Source: a virus. From it: 64,000 bases of DNA. This document shows, in pieces, positions 1-10,439 of this stretch. The stretch lies in the IMG/VR virus record IMGVR_UViG_3300027762_000003, positions 16,028 through 80,027 of that record, one strand, 5' to 3'. Position 1 is the stretch's first letter. Each line of letters starts with the position of its first letter. The notes beneath the pieces were generated by a model. That model saw only the letters and a list, made by a program, of their open reading frames with translations. It searched no databases and was not told where the DNA came from. The translations under genes were made by a program, and so were the position numbers.

Positions 1-401
1 AGAGAGCGATTAGAAAACAAATCATCTAGAATTCTCTCTAGTCCAGTTTCTCCGAAAGCGGCTAATAGAACGATGGATTCCGATCTTCTATTGGTGATTG
101 CATCCCAAGTGACAAACTTGATGAAGTCTCGGACGGATATCGTTTGGGATCTAGTTCCATACCTCTCAGATGAGATCTGTACCTCAATTTGACAACCCGT
201 GAAACCCTGTTCCTGTAAAGCTTTGAGGGCTTTCTTGCCGTTTTTTGGCAACCTGCCTAAATACTCCTTACTGCGTCCGATCGCTAAAGAAGCGCCTGTC
301 ACCCCAATCCGTTTTTCCCCATCAGGGAGCATGTAGCAGTCCAGTGCCACATCCCCTGCTAACTTTAATTCCGCATTAACAGCTCTAATGGTATCATTCA
401 T
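1..401 (-). CDS. P63C-like / antirepressor-type phage protein, 3' end runs off the window
   Basis: Hand translation from ATG at 401: MNDTIRAVNAELKLAGDVALDCYMLPDGEKRIGVTGAS..., open to the window edge. The LDCYxLxDGxR motif is typical of the N-terminus of P63C-domain proteins. Absent from the ORF track because there is no stop codon. Confidence 0.55.
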   Translation of the reverse strand, partial: MNDTIRAVNAELKLAGDVALDCYMLPDGEKRIGVTGASLAIGRSKEYLGRLPKNGKKALKALQEQGFTGCQIEVQISSERYGTRSQTISVRDFIKFVTWDAITNRRSESIVLLAAFGETGLERILDDLFSNRS

Positions 402-458
402 ATGTTGACCTCTACTACAGGTTGACCACGCCCTCGGTTGCTGATAACAACGCGGGGG
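402..458 (-). promoter_or_regulatory. Structured 5' leader, copy A of a repeated antirepressor-gene leader
   Basis: Minus strand reads CCCCCGCGTTGTTATCAGCAACCGAGGGCGTGGTCAACCTGTAGTAGAGGTCAACAT then ATG; closely similar to 14491-14545 and 38977-39033. Confidence 0.65.
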
Positions 459-539
459 TACTTTAATGCTTATATCGTATCATAAAAAGCACGGTAAAAA
501 CCGCGCTTAACTATCAGTTATTCAGAGGTTTAATACGGT

Positions 540-1343
540 TTAATACGGGATATCTTCCTCCTCCATCGGCGGATAACTCCCCTTACGCTTAGTGACCCAC
601 TCCACCCAAGCGGCTCCCTTTTTACCACTTTCAGAAGCGGGTAAGTTGTCAAAGCAATCTTGAATATAAGTGATGTCCCATTCGGGCAACTCTCCCTGTG
701 CCCATATTATTGCATCATCCGGATTCTTCCACTTTCTCCAAGGTTTAGACGGGTCATCGATCGCCGCCACATTCCCCACTACCGGCGCGGGGGTCTCTCT
801 CGGTTGAACGTTGAGAACTTGAGAACCGGGGTATTGCTTGGCGATCGCCGAAGCCGCCGCACTAACCGCTCTTTGTTCCTGTTGCCTTGGCGATGTTTGT
901 ACAGGTCTTGCCGGGGGTCTACTTCCTCCCCCATTTCTTTCCCGTCCTTTTTTGTGGTATAAGTCGAGACCTAGCCCAAATTTTGCACAACAGCGCCGAA
1001 ACGCCATAGCTTCTGCGTTAGAGGTCGGATCGCCAAAGGAGCGTTTCCGTTTCCCGTCAGACTTAAAAACATTATGAGCGTCGTGCTCTTCTTGCCCGGT
1101 TGATTGCCTGGAAAGGGCAATATCTTCCCCTTGGATCGTAAGCTTACCGATCACGATGGTTCTATCATCGTGGTGTCTCACCTCTATTTCCCATTCCCAG
1201 AGATAATCGGCGCGCTCGTTAAGCAAATCTACTAGGTTATACCAGGAGATATAAGAGACCTCTGTCCCTTCCTCCCTTTTGATAGAGACAAGCTCTTGGG
1301 GTACGGGGGCGCGTAGTGCGGCTAGGATTTCAGAAATATTCAT
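540..1343 (-). CDS. Rad52/Rad22-family single-strand annealing protein
   Basis: YISW...LLNE, WEWEI, FGDPTSNAEAMAFRRCCAKFGLGLDLY are Rad52-like motifs; acidic C-terminal tail EEEDIPY. Confidence 0.85.
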   Translation of the reverse strand: MNISEILAALRAPVPQELVSIKREEGTEVSYISWYNLVDLLNERADYLWEWEIEVRHHDDRTIVIGKLTIQGEDIALSRQSTGQEEHDAHNVFKSDGKRKRSFGDPTSNAEAMAFRRCCAKFGLGLDLYHKKGRERNGGGSRPPARPVQTSPRQQEQRAVSAAASAIAKQYPGSQVLNVQPRETPAPVVGNVAAIDDPSKPWRKWKNPDDAIIWAQGELPEWDITYIQDCFDNLPASESGKKGAAWVEWVTKRKGSYPPMEEEDIPY

Positions 1344-1475
1344 GCTTCACCTGTGTTTTATTTTGTGGTGTGCTAGTATCGATGAATCACGCTTCGTGTC
1401 GTGATTTTCTTTGTTTTGTCTATGCATGAAGGGGAGAGATGCTTGTCCGGCGCTCTCCCTTTCGTGTATGTATCT

Positions 1476-1504
1476 ACAATAGCGCGATATTTTACTATTG
1501 TAAA
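1476..1504 (-). promoter_or_regulatory. Sigma70-type promoter (phage promoter family)
   Basis: TTTACA-N17-TATTGT upstream of the Rad52-like gene. Confidence 0.55.
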
Positions 1505-1567
1505 TAGATGCGATAAACCACATTAGTGTTAAACTCAGCTATAATACGTTTACAATAGCGAGGCGCT

Positions 1568-1828
1568 ATGGTTAAAAAAGGCGAAAAACGAGAAGTAACC
1601 TGGACTCCGAACCCCGACGGTTGTCCTTTGTTTGGCAAGAAATATAAATTCGAGCCAAGGTATGGGAAAAGGATGGGAAAGTCGATAACCCTGGCTATGC
1701 TCACTGAGGATTATATGCGCGTAAAGGATCGGGCTAAGGAAGAGAATCGCAGTGTACAGGATTTCATCCGTGCGGCGATCGTCTACGCGCTAGAACACCC
1801 AGAAACCATTAAGGAGGAGCGCCAGTAA
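1568..1828 (+). CDS. Ribbon-helix-helix (CopG/Arc-like) regulator
   Basis: SITLAM strand, then helices [30 protein letters not shown]. Confidence 0.7.
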   Translation: MVKKGEKREVTWTPNPDGCPLFGKKYKFEPRYGKRMGKSITLAMLTEDYMRVKDRAKEENRSVQDFIRAAIVYALEHPETIKEERQ

Positions 1829-3812
1829 TGTAAATTTCGGTTATATTCCCTACCTTCCTCTGCTCAATGGGGCAACCGTTAACGCCCTGGACGAATGCGG
1901 CGACGTTAGGGTATGTGCCCCAATCCCAGACAGGGAATAATGCATTAGGATCTGTGAAGTTTGTGGCTAAGTTGTCATCTCCATCGTAGGCACCGAACCT
2001 GAAATAATAGTTGGTGGTAACGCTGGCATCGGGGTTAATGACATCAACCTGCCAGAAGTGTACATCTCGAACGTCAGCTTGGCTATAAACTACATGGCCC
2101 CTAAGTTCCTCACAAGGGTTAGGTTCTGGCGTAGGTGTTGGCGTAGGCGTTGGCGTAGGTGCTGGCGTAGGTGCTGGACTTGGAGATGGACTTGGAGATG
2201 GACTTGGAGATGGGGATGGTGCTGGACTTGGAGATGGGGATGGTGCTGGACTTGGTGCAGGAGTGGGCGCTGGACTTGGTGCAGGAGTGGGCGCTGGACT
2301 TGGTGCAGGAGTGGGCGCTGGACTTGGAGATGGGGATGGTGGAGAAGGCGCTGGAGTAGGGTAAGGTGATGGTGCGGGGGTTGGGGTGGGTGGGTCTTTC
2401 TCTTCTTCTTCCTCCTCCTCCTCTTCTTCTTCCTCCCGTTTTTCGGGGCGAAACTCTAATGCCCAACTTCCCCATGGACTCAAAAACTCTTCCTCTCCTT
2501 CTTTGTACCCTATTTTGTAGTGAATAAAATCAACGTACCCTTCTTTTTTTTCTTCTCCTGCAATAACTGTGGGTTCGGTATAAGTAGGGTATACAACATT
2601 TTTCTTGGTGACCGTTCCTACGTTATCAAGAAAACCGCCTCTCGAATACTCTAGCTGACTTTTAGGTTTAACCTTGGCTAAATAAGTGCCTGGTGGTAGT
2701 ACAACAAAATTAGTAGACAAGGGAGACGGTGCGCCCGGATTACCTATTTGTGTGTCACACTTATATTGCCCATCTTTGTAATATTCTCTATTTTTAGTAG
2801 AGTAATATTTTGAGTCTACCTGTTCAGACCACTTGCCCCCATTTATTAGCTTGCTGTCTGACATTAACGAGAAACCCCTTTGTGTCTTTATCCTACCATC
2901 GACTCCCGTAGGAAGGCACTCGTATCTTAATGGAAATATAGCCTCAATTGATTTCGTGGATATGTCAGCTATAGGATTACATGCAGCCACTTCTAGTCCC
3001 CTAGGTAGAAGCCTAATTTTTATTTTTACACGAGTTCCTTTTGACTGATAAGAAAAACTGTCGCTACCCAGCACATCATACAATCTTCTATATTTAAAAA
3101 CTTTGAGATCCTCATCCCATTCCACTTTTGCTCCTTTACTGGACTCATGATCGTAGCTATCTACTTTAAATCCTTCTACTGCTTTTGTCTCTGCGTCTTT
3201 AAGGATTGAAGGCGTTATCTCTACGGTTCTAGAGTCAGTGTTATCTAAGATAGTCTCTTTTTCCAAAGTAGGGGAATCATCATCATTTACATATATTGTC
3301 GATCCGCCTTTTTCATTGTTTGGTGTTGTCGATGCAAGAAATGGCCATCCCACTTTTATTTCATTCCAGGGTGGTGGAGCCTCACCCGCATCATAATTCA
3401 AGCAGGACGTGCTAAACTTCCACATATGATCGTGATCTGGCCAAAATAGCATCTCGACCGTCTCGTCTTCTGGATCAAGGGTAACCTTGTCTTCTTCTTC
3501 CTCATCCGATCGCCGCTTCTTCCGATCCTGCTCCAGATTCACCCGTGGTTTGTACGTTATTGACTTCGCATTTCCCTCCATTCGCGGCACAACTTTCTCG
3601 CCTTTCTTGATGCCACCAGAAGCGAGGTTATGGACTTCAGTTTCTCGACCGTTCACTTTGACGATCGCCTGTCCATTTTTATAGCCTACAAAATAGGTGT
3701 CCTTGCGCTCCTCATCCGCTTTCTCCCTTTCTGCCACTTCCTCTGTGTGCTTCTGGCGATTCTGTGCGGCTAGGCGTTGAATTAAGCGCTGCTCTTCTCT
3801 GGAGAAAGTCAT
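1809..3812 (-). CDS. Putative tail-tip/fibre protein with acidic and Pro-rich linker
   Basis: 667 aa, last gene of the minus-strand tail cluster; poly-E then (PSPAPTPA)n linker before a small C-terminal domain. Confidence 0.5.
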   Translation of the reverse strand: MTFSREEQRLIQRLAAQNRQKHTEEVAEREKADEERKDTYFVGYKNGQAIVKVNGRETEVHNLASGGIKKGEKVVPRMEGNAKSITYKPRVNLEQDRKKRRSDEEEEDKVTLDPEDETVEMLFWPDHDHMWKFSTSCLNYDAGEAPPPWNEIKVGWPFLASTTPNNEKGGSTIYVNDDDSPTLEKETILDNTDSRTVEITPSILKDAETKAVEGFKVDSYDHESSKGAKVEWDEDLKVFKYRRLYDVLGSDSFSYQSKGTRVKIKIRLLPRGLEVAACNPIADISTKSIEAIFPLRYECLPTGVDGRIKTQRGFSLMSDSKLINGGKWSEQVDSKYYSTKNREYYKDGQYKCDTQIGNPGAPSPLSTNFVVLPPGTYLAKVKPKSQLEYSRGGFLDNVGTVTKKNVVYPTYTEPTVIAGEEKKEGYVDFIHYKIGYKEGEEEFLSPWGSWALEFRPEKREEEEEEEEEEEEKDPPTPTPAPSPYPTPAPSPPSPSPSPAPTPAPSPAPTPAPSPAPTPAPSPAPSPSPSPAPSPSPSPSPSPSPSPAPTPAPTPTPTPTPTPEPNPCEELRGHVVYSQADVRDVHFWQVDVINPDASVTTNYYFRFGAYDGDDNLATNFTDPNALFPVWDWGTYPNVAAFVQGVNGCPIEQRKVGNITEIYITGAPP
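2121..2395. repeat. Coding low-complexity tandem repeats (Pro-Ser/Pro-Ala/Pro-Thr)
   Basis: 24-bp units such as GCTGGACTTGGTGCAGGAGTGGGC and 12-bp units such as GATGGACTTGGA. Confidence 0.9.
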
Positions 3813-3814
3813 TT

Positions 3815-4090
3815 TTAATAATATCTACGAGTCCTGTTTTTAGCGAGAATCATGATATCCGCACCTACCCTAGTCGCGACACCTTTACCGTAAGATGCGT
3901 TGGTCATCATCCTTGGGTTAGGGATCTCTTTTCCAGTTGCATCCGAGATGACCTTACGCCCTCGGATAGTAACCGATTCATCCGCATTCCCCCCTTGCGC
4001 TGCCTTTGATTTCTCCTGAGTGCCACCGCCATTTCTAACGGAGTGAACATAGCGATTAAGCAGCGCCATCTCTTCTAAAGATAGACCCAT
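3815..4090 (-). CDS. Small hypothetical protein in the tail cluster
   Basis: Start at 4090 (MGLSLEEM) overlaps the upstream stop as TAATG, which is more plausible than the 4198 start in the track. Confidence 0.55.
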   Translation of the reverse strand: MGLSLEEMALLNRYVHSVRNGGGTQEKSKAAQGGNADESVTIRGRKVISDATGKEIPNPRMMTNASYGKGVATRVGADIMILAKNRTRRYY

Positions 4091-4752
4091 TAGACTATCC
4101 TCCCCCAAAGCTGATTTTGCCTGAATAAAGAAGTCGAGCCGGTCTGGATATTTGCAGCCGGTGAAAGGACTTGATAAAGCTTGACAACCGCCTGGCAATA
4201 TCGCACTCCTAAAGTACCCGCACCCCCATTGGTAATGTCAATGGTGTTGCCGGAAATATTATCTTTCAATGTGATAGTGGTCGAGTTTGTAACCCCTACA
4301 TAATAAAAAGCGTCCGCAGTCGTTCCACCCGGTGCTGTAGCTCCTGCTATTTCATGGATCATTACCCGGTCATTTTCCGCAAAACCATGGGCAGCGCCAA
4401 AGGTGATCGTATTATTTGCGGGGGAAATTGTGGAAATAATAATCTCTGGAGTCGCGCTAACTGCTGTCGGTTGAGCCATTACAAAAGTCGAGATCACAGT
4501 AAAGTCATCCGCACCTGTAATGATGGCTTCTACAAGCGTTTCAGCCTGGAGAGTTAGCGATTTCCAAGATACTGCATTAGCGTTAAAATTAAGGAGCGGG
4601 CGCGTTCCTTGATCCGTGATTTCGTTGCTGTAATATTCTAAGTCAGTCGTGTCTATTGTCGGTGCGGCTAAACTACAAAAGCCTAACCGCCATTGGTAGG
4701 CATTGATGTGTAGTTTAGCTAAGTCTAATATTCCTTGTTTAGTTGATGGCAT
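4090..4752 (-). CDS. Virion tail-associated beta-rich protein
   Basis: NTITFGAAHGFAENDRV...YYVGVTNSTTITL resembles the FCCH-like beta domain common in phage tail proteins; tail cluster context. Confidence 0.55.
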   Translation of the reverse strand: MPSTKQGILDLAKLHINAYQWRLGFCSLAAPTIDTTDLEYYSNEITDQGTRPLLNFNANAVSWKSLTLQAETLVEAIITGADDFTVISTFVMAQPTAVSATPEIIISTISPANNTITFGAAHGFAENDRVMIHEIAGATAPGGTTADAFYYVGVTNSTTITLKDNISGNTIDITNGGAGTLGVRYCQAVVKLYQVLSPAANIQTGSTSLFRQNQLWGRIV

Positions 4753-4760
4753 AGTAATTC

Positions 4761-5108
4761 TTAAATAGCTAAGTGTTCAATCTCTAAATCATCTAATATT
4801 AGCTCTGGTGTAGCTAGTATATTGCAAGTCTCATCCCATAAAGATTTATTGATTAGTCCATGGTAAATATGATCATAAATTTGAACACAGTATCCTCCTA
4901 GTGCTTGCCCTTGGTTGATGTATCTACCTCCATTTAAATCCATGACGCTAGTAAACTCTACAGTCCCTTTATCGTTAGGGTAGGGGGACGCACTACCAAA
5001 TAACTCAAAAAAGAAGATCTGTAAATGTTGACTAGCCTGACCAATAAAGTCATGCGATCGCCTCCACCTATTAGCGCTTTCGTAGTCGTCAAAGATTAAA
5101 TACTTCAT
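4761..5108 (-). CDS. Hypothetical protein (possible fibre chaperone)
   Basis: Start MKYLIF at 5108 is coupled (ATGA) to the stop of the 1365-aa gene. Confidence 0.5.
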   Translation of the reverse strand: MKYLIFDDYESANRWRRSHDFIGQASQHLQIFFFELFGSASPYPNDKGTVEFTSVMDLNGGRYINQGQALGGYCVQIYDHIYHGLINKSLWDETCNILATPELILDDLEIEHLAI

Positions 5109-8100
5109 ATTCCCCACCTGGTCATCATTTCGTTCTCTATTTTAGCAATGTCAGTAGTTGAATAGGAATCGCTAAATACAGCTATTTCCGCTACATACAT
5201 CTGAGCCATATATCCCTCATGGGATCTACCTATTAAAAAGTTAATCGTATCTCTGACGAAACTCGTTTTATATGACTTATCCCAAACTACGGTTAAGCAG
5301 AAAAAGTTATTGATTGGAGCGCAGCTAAAGGGAGAGGATAGCCCACTACCATTTTTTCTGACTAATGCGGGGGATGGGTTATTATTGAAATAAGTCTGCC
5401 CTGATTCAAATAGATAAGAGCGATAAGCTGGAGCGTTTTGGGCGGGGTAAGAAAAGACTTGTCCAAAGGTTGACCAATTTGCCCCAACTGAGCGTAATAC
5501 CGCACATATACCGTAAACATGGGGGGATGCTTTTGCGTGGTTGGACAGCCATGTTGATCCGTTAAAGTGGACTGTATCTCCTAAACGGGCATCTGAATAA
5601 ATTAAAGGCTGATTAACTTTTGTTGTTTGTATCGCGTCCTCTCCAGACCCATTGTTAGCCCAAGCGGAAACACTATTAATTCCTGAGCTGGTATCAATGG
5701 TCAATCCCATATCAGCTCTAAACCAATAGTAAAGATCAAAGGAGGCGATATCTGTGTAAGAATGAGTAGCTCCAATATTCCACCTTGCTATCATCTCATC
5801 TTCAATGTCCTCAATATCTGGCGCACTTAAAGCGGTATCATGAATTACAATTTCTGCGAGATAAAATCCTAAATAGTAATTCTCGAAACTTCTATTAATT
5901 CTAAAGTTTTCAGCCCCTGAAATACGGTTATTTATATAAGTGGGATTGAATACCACGGTAATACAGAACCATTCATCTATTGGAGCGCAATTAAATGGTG
6001 ATGAAACGCTTATTTTATTCCTCCTTACTAATGCGGGGGATGGGTTATTATTGAAATAAGTCTGCCCTGATTCAAATAGATAAGAGCGATAAGCTGGAGC
6101 GTTTTGGGCGGAGTAAGAGAAGACTTGTCCAAACAAAGGTACTTGGATAGTTCTCCACTGTGGTAGAGTGCTTCTAATGATCGCCGTGAAGCCATAATAA
6201 GCTTTAGTTACCCCACTATCTGTTAATCCCAAGAAAGTTGGGTTGTCGAAATACGCAGCGTTAATTTTGCCGACTTTGAAATATTGGGGCTGATTTGATT
6301 TAGTGGTTTGAGTTAGTGACTCAGCAGATCCTTGGTTAGTCCAGGTAGAAATCCCCGCATAAGTCGTGTAGTCGATTGTGATACCTTCGTCAGTCCTGAA
6401 CCAGAAGCGGGGGTTAAGAGCGGCGATCGCGCTCGTTCGATCCTCATATTCCAATGCCCCGCCATAGTTGAATCCGCCGGTTAATTCATGAACGCTCGTT
6501 TGATCCTCATATTCTGACGTACCGCCATAATTAAACCCGCCGGTTAATTCATATATCTCACCAAGCACGTAAGCTAAATTTCCACCGTAGCCTACCCATG
6601 CCTCAGCATTGATGATGGTGGGAATGATTTGCTCCAATTTCCCCGTATACCCCCACAGATACTCAGTTTTCACATAGGGAATATAAGCTTCTGATAAGTC
6701 GCTACCGTGGAGATACTCCCCTTCAGACTCGACGATCTGATCGCCGTGGATTGTCATACCCCCATAGTTCCATTCGTCTATTAAATTGAACTCCTCTGGT
6801 GTGTTCGGATCGAAGTTGAACCACTGCGCCGATCCGCCATGCCTCCACCCTCCCGTCAGGATAGGTACAGGTTGGGGGATGATTAATGGGGGCGGTGGAA
6901 CCGGTGACGGACTCGGTACGGGTACAGGAGAGGGGACTGGAGTTGGTGCGGGGGTGGGGGCGATCGGATCTTTGGGGTCTGTGGGGATGATGGGGGGCGG
7001 GTTGAGCTGCGGGTAGTATTGCTGAGTGCGGATAAAGAAATTCGGGACGCTCTTATAAAGGATGAGATCCATGGACATCAAAGCGGTATCGTTTTCCAGA
7101 GTCCAGGAAATTCCCTCTGCGATATACATGAAGGTTCGATCAAGGCTCGTGAACTTGTTGCGTCCGTACTCCTGCACTTTAATGAAGCCCACTGGCTTGA
7201 AGTTCTGAACGATATCTTCTCGCAGTGGGATAACTAGTTCGTGAAGCCAAACACGCCCTTGATCGAGGGCGGCGATCGCATTACCGATTTCGGACAAGTT
7301 CGACTTGTCTTTGATGAACTCTAACCGGATGTCTTTTTGCTTGGGGCGATACTCTGCATAGGCTGGCGCTTGCATCTCGACTTCGCATTCAATGTTCTCG
7401 GTTTCCTTACCAGAGCTTTCTTCCTGCATTGCGTCGCTCATGGTTTCCGGTTCGGGTGGTTGAGAGTCTCCCGAGTTAGAAAGAATGTACTCGGATTCTT
7501 CCATATCCACCCTTAAATTAAGGGCATCCTCCCTAGAAACCGCATCATCTCCTCTGGCTATCTTGCCATGAGATTGCCAGACAACTTTATTCCACTGCCA
7601 TTCATCTTTCCTAAATTCTTCCCAGGTCTGCTCTTCTTTGTAGGTAGGAACAAGATCTAGTATCCAATTGGCATTATTAAACAACTCGTAGGCACTCTCA
7701 AAAGGCCAATAACCAAACTCCCTCTCAACGTCCCTTGGGGACATCTTGACACCTTCATTCTCCTTCTCGGATTCTGACTCTTCCTCCTCTTCTTTTTTGT
7801 CTTTCTCAATTACATACTTCTTCCCGTACCACATCTCGAATTTATAGTATTTTGACGTGATAGATCCTTTAGGTTCCTTAATTAATTTTGTATACTTATT
7901 AGTGACTCCGGTCTTTTCGTCAAAAAACCACTTTTCCTCAACTTCCCTGATCGGCACTGTCATTGTAGCGATATCAACGTTAGCAAAATAGTTCCTGTAA
8001 TATTCTACCTTCTCTCCAGTGTTTGACCTTTCAACTTCTTCCGGTATCTGATCCATTAAATCCTTTAGAATCTCTCCTGGCATCCTTTGCTCGAATGTTT

Positions 8101-9202
8101 CTCGTTTATGAAGAATTCCATCGGAATTGTAATACCATTTTTCTTGAATTCCTTCTTTTGATATTAAATACCCCTGCCCTCCCCTCTTTGCCCAAAAAAC
8201 TAGCCCTCTACGCCGCCTAATTGCTGTTGTTACCCAACGAATCCACCCATCCCCATTTTTTTCCCATCTATCGCACTTCTTCTCCTCTATGACCCATAAG
8301 TTGTTTTTTGATTCCGAAAATATACTCCCATTTGCTGGTTCAAGATCAGCCATTGTCCCATGAACCCGACGGGTAGAACACCCATCGTCCTCTTCTTCCC
8401 CTTCCTCTCCTTCCTCCCCATCACTCGTATCGCCCTCTGCTGTGAACAGGTACTTACTTGGGGGAATATCCATACCTGTGATGGACTTATAAGATATCTC
8501 CATCCCGTTATCACCCCCAATCACAATATCGGGGAACTTATGGCTAATCTTACTGGGAACGATGCGAACGGCTCTAAGTTTTTCGGTGTTGTCGATCCAA
8601 AGAGCATGACCGCCACCAAATGCGATATCACCGCACAATTCAATATAGGAGCCACTCCCTAATTTATCGGCTTTTACGGCAAGCGGATAATCGGGAATTG
8701 TGCCCTGTAACTGAATATTCGGAATCCCCTGCTCTTTTGCGAGATTGGAGAGGATTTCATTAATAATTTGATGTCTAGGCTTTTCCTGCTTCTTAGTTTC
8801 CTCCTCCTGCTTATCCTTATCTGGTGGGGACGCAAAATCAAGCAGGGTCAGCAAGCACCCAATTTCAATCTCAATGTAATCTTTACCAGGGTAGGGAGGT
8901 GCGGGGTCTCTGATGATTCGTAGCGCTCCCCTGGGGTGTCTGTATCTAAACCATCTCCCGTTTCTGCTGAATTCGACTTCAATAATGACAGGCGATCCCC
9001 TGGAGAATATGGGGTTAGTTCTGGAGTCTAGATCGATCACCCCATTATCCATAATTTGCAGGGTTCCCGATGTCTTTATCAGTCCACGGCTAATCTTCTC
9101 ATCGCTAACACCAAAGAAAGTACCACCACCGCCAACGAGTTCGGAGACATCCACGCCTCCGACAGTTACCATATGAGCGATCGCCCCTGCAAATACGGTC
9201 AC
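5105..9202 (-). CDS. Large tail-tip / host-specificity protein with two tandem C-terminal LamG/ConA-like domains
   Basis: 1365 aa; Pro-rich hinge, GGFNYGG repeats, duplicated domain (WFRxDxGxTID...W.N.GS...Q.TK.NQP...AEIxxxxxxxSxxDIxxIExEMxxRW). Confidence 0.7.
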   Translation of the reverse strand: MTVFAGAIAHMVTVGGVDVSELVGGGGTFFGVSDEKISRGLIKTSGTLQIMDNGVIDLDSRTNPIFSRGSPVIIEVEFSRNGRWFRYRHPRGALRIIRDPAPPYPGKDYIEIEIGCLLTLLDFASPPDKDKQEEETKKQEKPRHQIINEILSNLAKEQGIPNIQLQGTIPDYPLAVKADKLGSGSYIELCGDIAFGGGHALWIDNTEKLRAVRIVPSKISHKFPDIVIGGDNGMEISYKSITGMDIPPSKYLFTAEGDTSDGEEGEEGEEEDDGCSTRRVHGTMADLEPANGSIFSESKNNLWVIEEKKCDRWEKNGDGWIRWVTTAIRRRRGLVFWAKRGGQGYLISKEGIQEKWYYNSDGILHKRETFEQRMPGEILKDLMDQIPEEVERSNTGEKVEYYRNYFANVDIATMTVPIREVEEKWFFDEKTGVTNKYTKLIKEPKGSITSKYYKFEMWYGKKYVIEKDKKEEEEESESEKENEGVKMSPRDVEREFGYWPFESAYELFNNANWILDLVPTYKEEQTWEEFRKDEWQWNKVVWQSHGKIARGDDAVSREDALNLRVDMEESEYILSNSGDSQPPEPETMSDAMQEESSGKETENIECEVEMQAPAYAEYRPKQKDIRLEFIKDKSNLSEIGNAIAALDQGRVWLHELVIPLREDIVQNFKPVGFIKVQEYGRNKFTSLDRTFMYIAEGISWTLENDTALMSMDLILYKSVPNFFIRTQQYYPQLNPPPIIPTDPKDPIAPTPAPTPVPSPVPVPSPSPVPPPPLIIPQPVPILTGGWRHGGSAQWFNFDPNTPEEFNLIDEWNYGGMTIHGDQIVESEGEYLHGSDLSEAYIPYVKTEYLWGYTGKLEQIIPTIINAEAWVGYGGNLAYVLGEIYELTGGFNYGGTSEYEDQTSVHELTGGFNYGGALEYEDRTSAIAALNPRFWFRTDEGITIDYTTYAGISTWTNQGSAESLTQTTKSNQPQYFKVGKINAAYFDNPTFLGLTDSGVTKAYYGFTAIIRSTLPQWRTIQVPLFGQVFSYSAQNAPAYRSYLFESGQTYFNNNPSPALVRRNKISVSSPFNCAPIDEWFCITVVFNPTYINNRISGAENFRINRSFENYYLGFYLAEIVIHDTALSAPDIEDIEDEMIARWNIGATHSYTDIASFDLYYWFRADMGLTIDTSSGINSVSAWANNGSGEDAIQTTKVNQPLIYSDARLGDTVHFNGSTWLSNHAKASPHVYGICAVLRSVGANWSTFGQVFSYPAQNAPAYRSYLFESGQTYFNNNPSPALVRKNGSGLSSPFSCAPINNFFCLTVVWDKSYKTSFVRDTINFLIGRSHEGYMAQMYVAEIAVFSDSYSTTDIAKIENEMMTRWGI
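5361..6133. repeat. 107-bp near-identical direct repeat pair (5361-5467 and 6027-6133)
   Basis: ACTAATGCGGGGGATGGG...GACTTGTCCAAA occurs twice with 2 mismatches. Confidence 0.9.
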
Positions 9203-9286
9203 AAATTCCCCTTATTCCAACACTATGCCTATCTTAATTCCGTGGTGGGCAGGCTACACTAGAAATATACTTACTCTAAAGTAGCC

Positions 9287-9487
9287 ATGATTAAAAAACG
9301 GAAACTCAACATCGCCCAACTCCGAGAAAAACGGGGACTGACGCAACGTCAATTAGCAGCAGAAATCGGAGTCGCACAAAAGACCATATCAAATTGGGAA
9401 GTAGGTCGTTACGGCTTCATGATGATCGACACGGTTGTAAACCTTTGCCAGGCTTTGGACTGTAAACCAGAAGACTTAATCAGTTAA
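9287..9487 (+). CDS. XRE/Cro-family HTH regulator
   Basis: LREKRGLTQRQLAAEIGVAQKTISNWEVG...LCQALDCKPEDL. Confidence 0.9.
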   Translation: MIKKRKLNIAQLREKRGLTQRQLAAEIGVAQKTISNWEVGRYGFMMIDTVVNLCQALDCKPEDLIS

Positions 9488-10104
9488 AAACCACGCTGCA
9501 AGATTTCCAATTCTGTAGCGGTGAAATCGACCGAAACATACCCAAACCGCACCGAGCCAAATTGAGCCATGGTGAAATCTGTTAGAGCGACGTTGTAGAC
9601 TCGGTAGCCAGCATGATTGAAGTATCCATTGGCAATAGGATCGCTTAGGTCTGGGCTTCCAGGTTCCTGGCTTGCTCCGAACTCACCGATATTCCACGAT
9701 GCCAGTGCCCTGGATGTTCCAGGATCTTGTTTCCCTAAAACATTTTCAGAGTAAAACGAATCCGCATAGATCGTATCCTCTAGCAGAATTCTCCACTCAT
9801 CCCCCGCCGCCATGTCGTAACGTTGGCGATCCAGCATTGATTGGATCGCCCAAGCCGATTTCTCTTTCACTATCCCCCCAGCAACTTTCCATTGCCAATA
9901 GCGATGATAGAACGAATCTTTCATGAAGATATTACCCCAGTGTGATCGCTCGATCTTCCTCTCTGAGATCATCGATTTCTGCACCGCTCCATAATCTCGG
10001 AAGATATTCACGGTGACTTCCCATACTGGAAGGCGCTTGTAAACTAAGCGAATCCTCCCCCATGGCTCTTGTTCTTCTGGAATAAAGGGTGGGGATAGTG
10101 GCAT
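9484..10104 (-). CDS. Hypothetical protein, possibly distal-tail-like
   Basis: 206-aa ORF upstream of the tail-tip gene on the same strand; ends VDFTATEL. Function inferred from position only. Confidence 0.4.
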   Translation of the reverse strand: MPLSPPFIPEEQEPWGRIRLVYKRLPVWEVTVNIFRDYGAVQKSMISERKIERSHWGNIFMKDSFYHRYWQWKVAGGIVKEKSAWAIQSMLDRQRYDMAAGDEWRILLEDTIYADSFYSENVLGKQDPGTSRALASWNIGEFGASQEPGSPDLSDPIANGYFNHAGYRVYNVALTDFTMAQFGSVRFGYVSVDFTATELEILQRGF

Positions 10105-10110
10105 AGGGCA

Positions 10111-10428
10111 TTAGGGGAGAAGGGTTTCTAGTTCTTTCTTGACTGTATTTTCTGCTATCCTAGCCTCCTCAACGCAGTCAAAAGTTGCCTTACCTTGCGC
10201 TAAAGCTTGGAAGATTTTCTCAAGGAAAAGAACAGCAGCGCGTTGGTTCTCAAACCCGGCAAGCGGGTGTCCATATATGTCTCCGCCCTGCGAGAGAGAT
10301 ACAGTTGCGGAACATACAATATAGGGTTCCTCAAATCCATCAAATTCACATTCCGATCCATCATCTACGGAGATACTGTTAACCAATACTGTGTTAACAA
10401 GTAAATTATCCTTTGTTTTCATCCACAT
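10111..10428 (-). CDS. Hypothetical protein (paralogue family with 16570-16836 and 16836-17129)
   Basis: Shares an N-terminal T/K-D-x-x-x-[VY]N motif and a C-terminal A..[LF]L..I...[LMI].[QS]G helix. Confidence 0.55.
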   Translation of the reverse strand: MWMKTKDNLLVNTVLVNSISVDDGSECEFDGFEEPYIVCSATVSLSQGGDIYGHPLAGFENQRAAVLFLEKIFQALAQGKATFDCVEEARIAENTVKKELETLLP

Positions 10429-10439
10429 ATTTTTGTAGT

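Noticed and set aside
2058-2475. Trp/Arg-rich and LDLEM-repeat ORFs
   Set aside because: Alternative-frame translations of the Pro-rich repeat in 1809-3812.
5361-6133. Diversity-generating retroelement TR/VR pair in the tail-tip gene
   Set aside because: Both copies are in-frame coding, the two differences are C/T on the coding strand rather than adenine-specific, and no reverse transcriptase is in the window.
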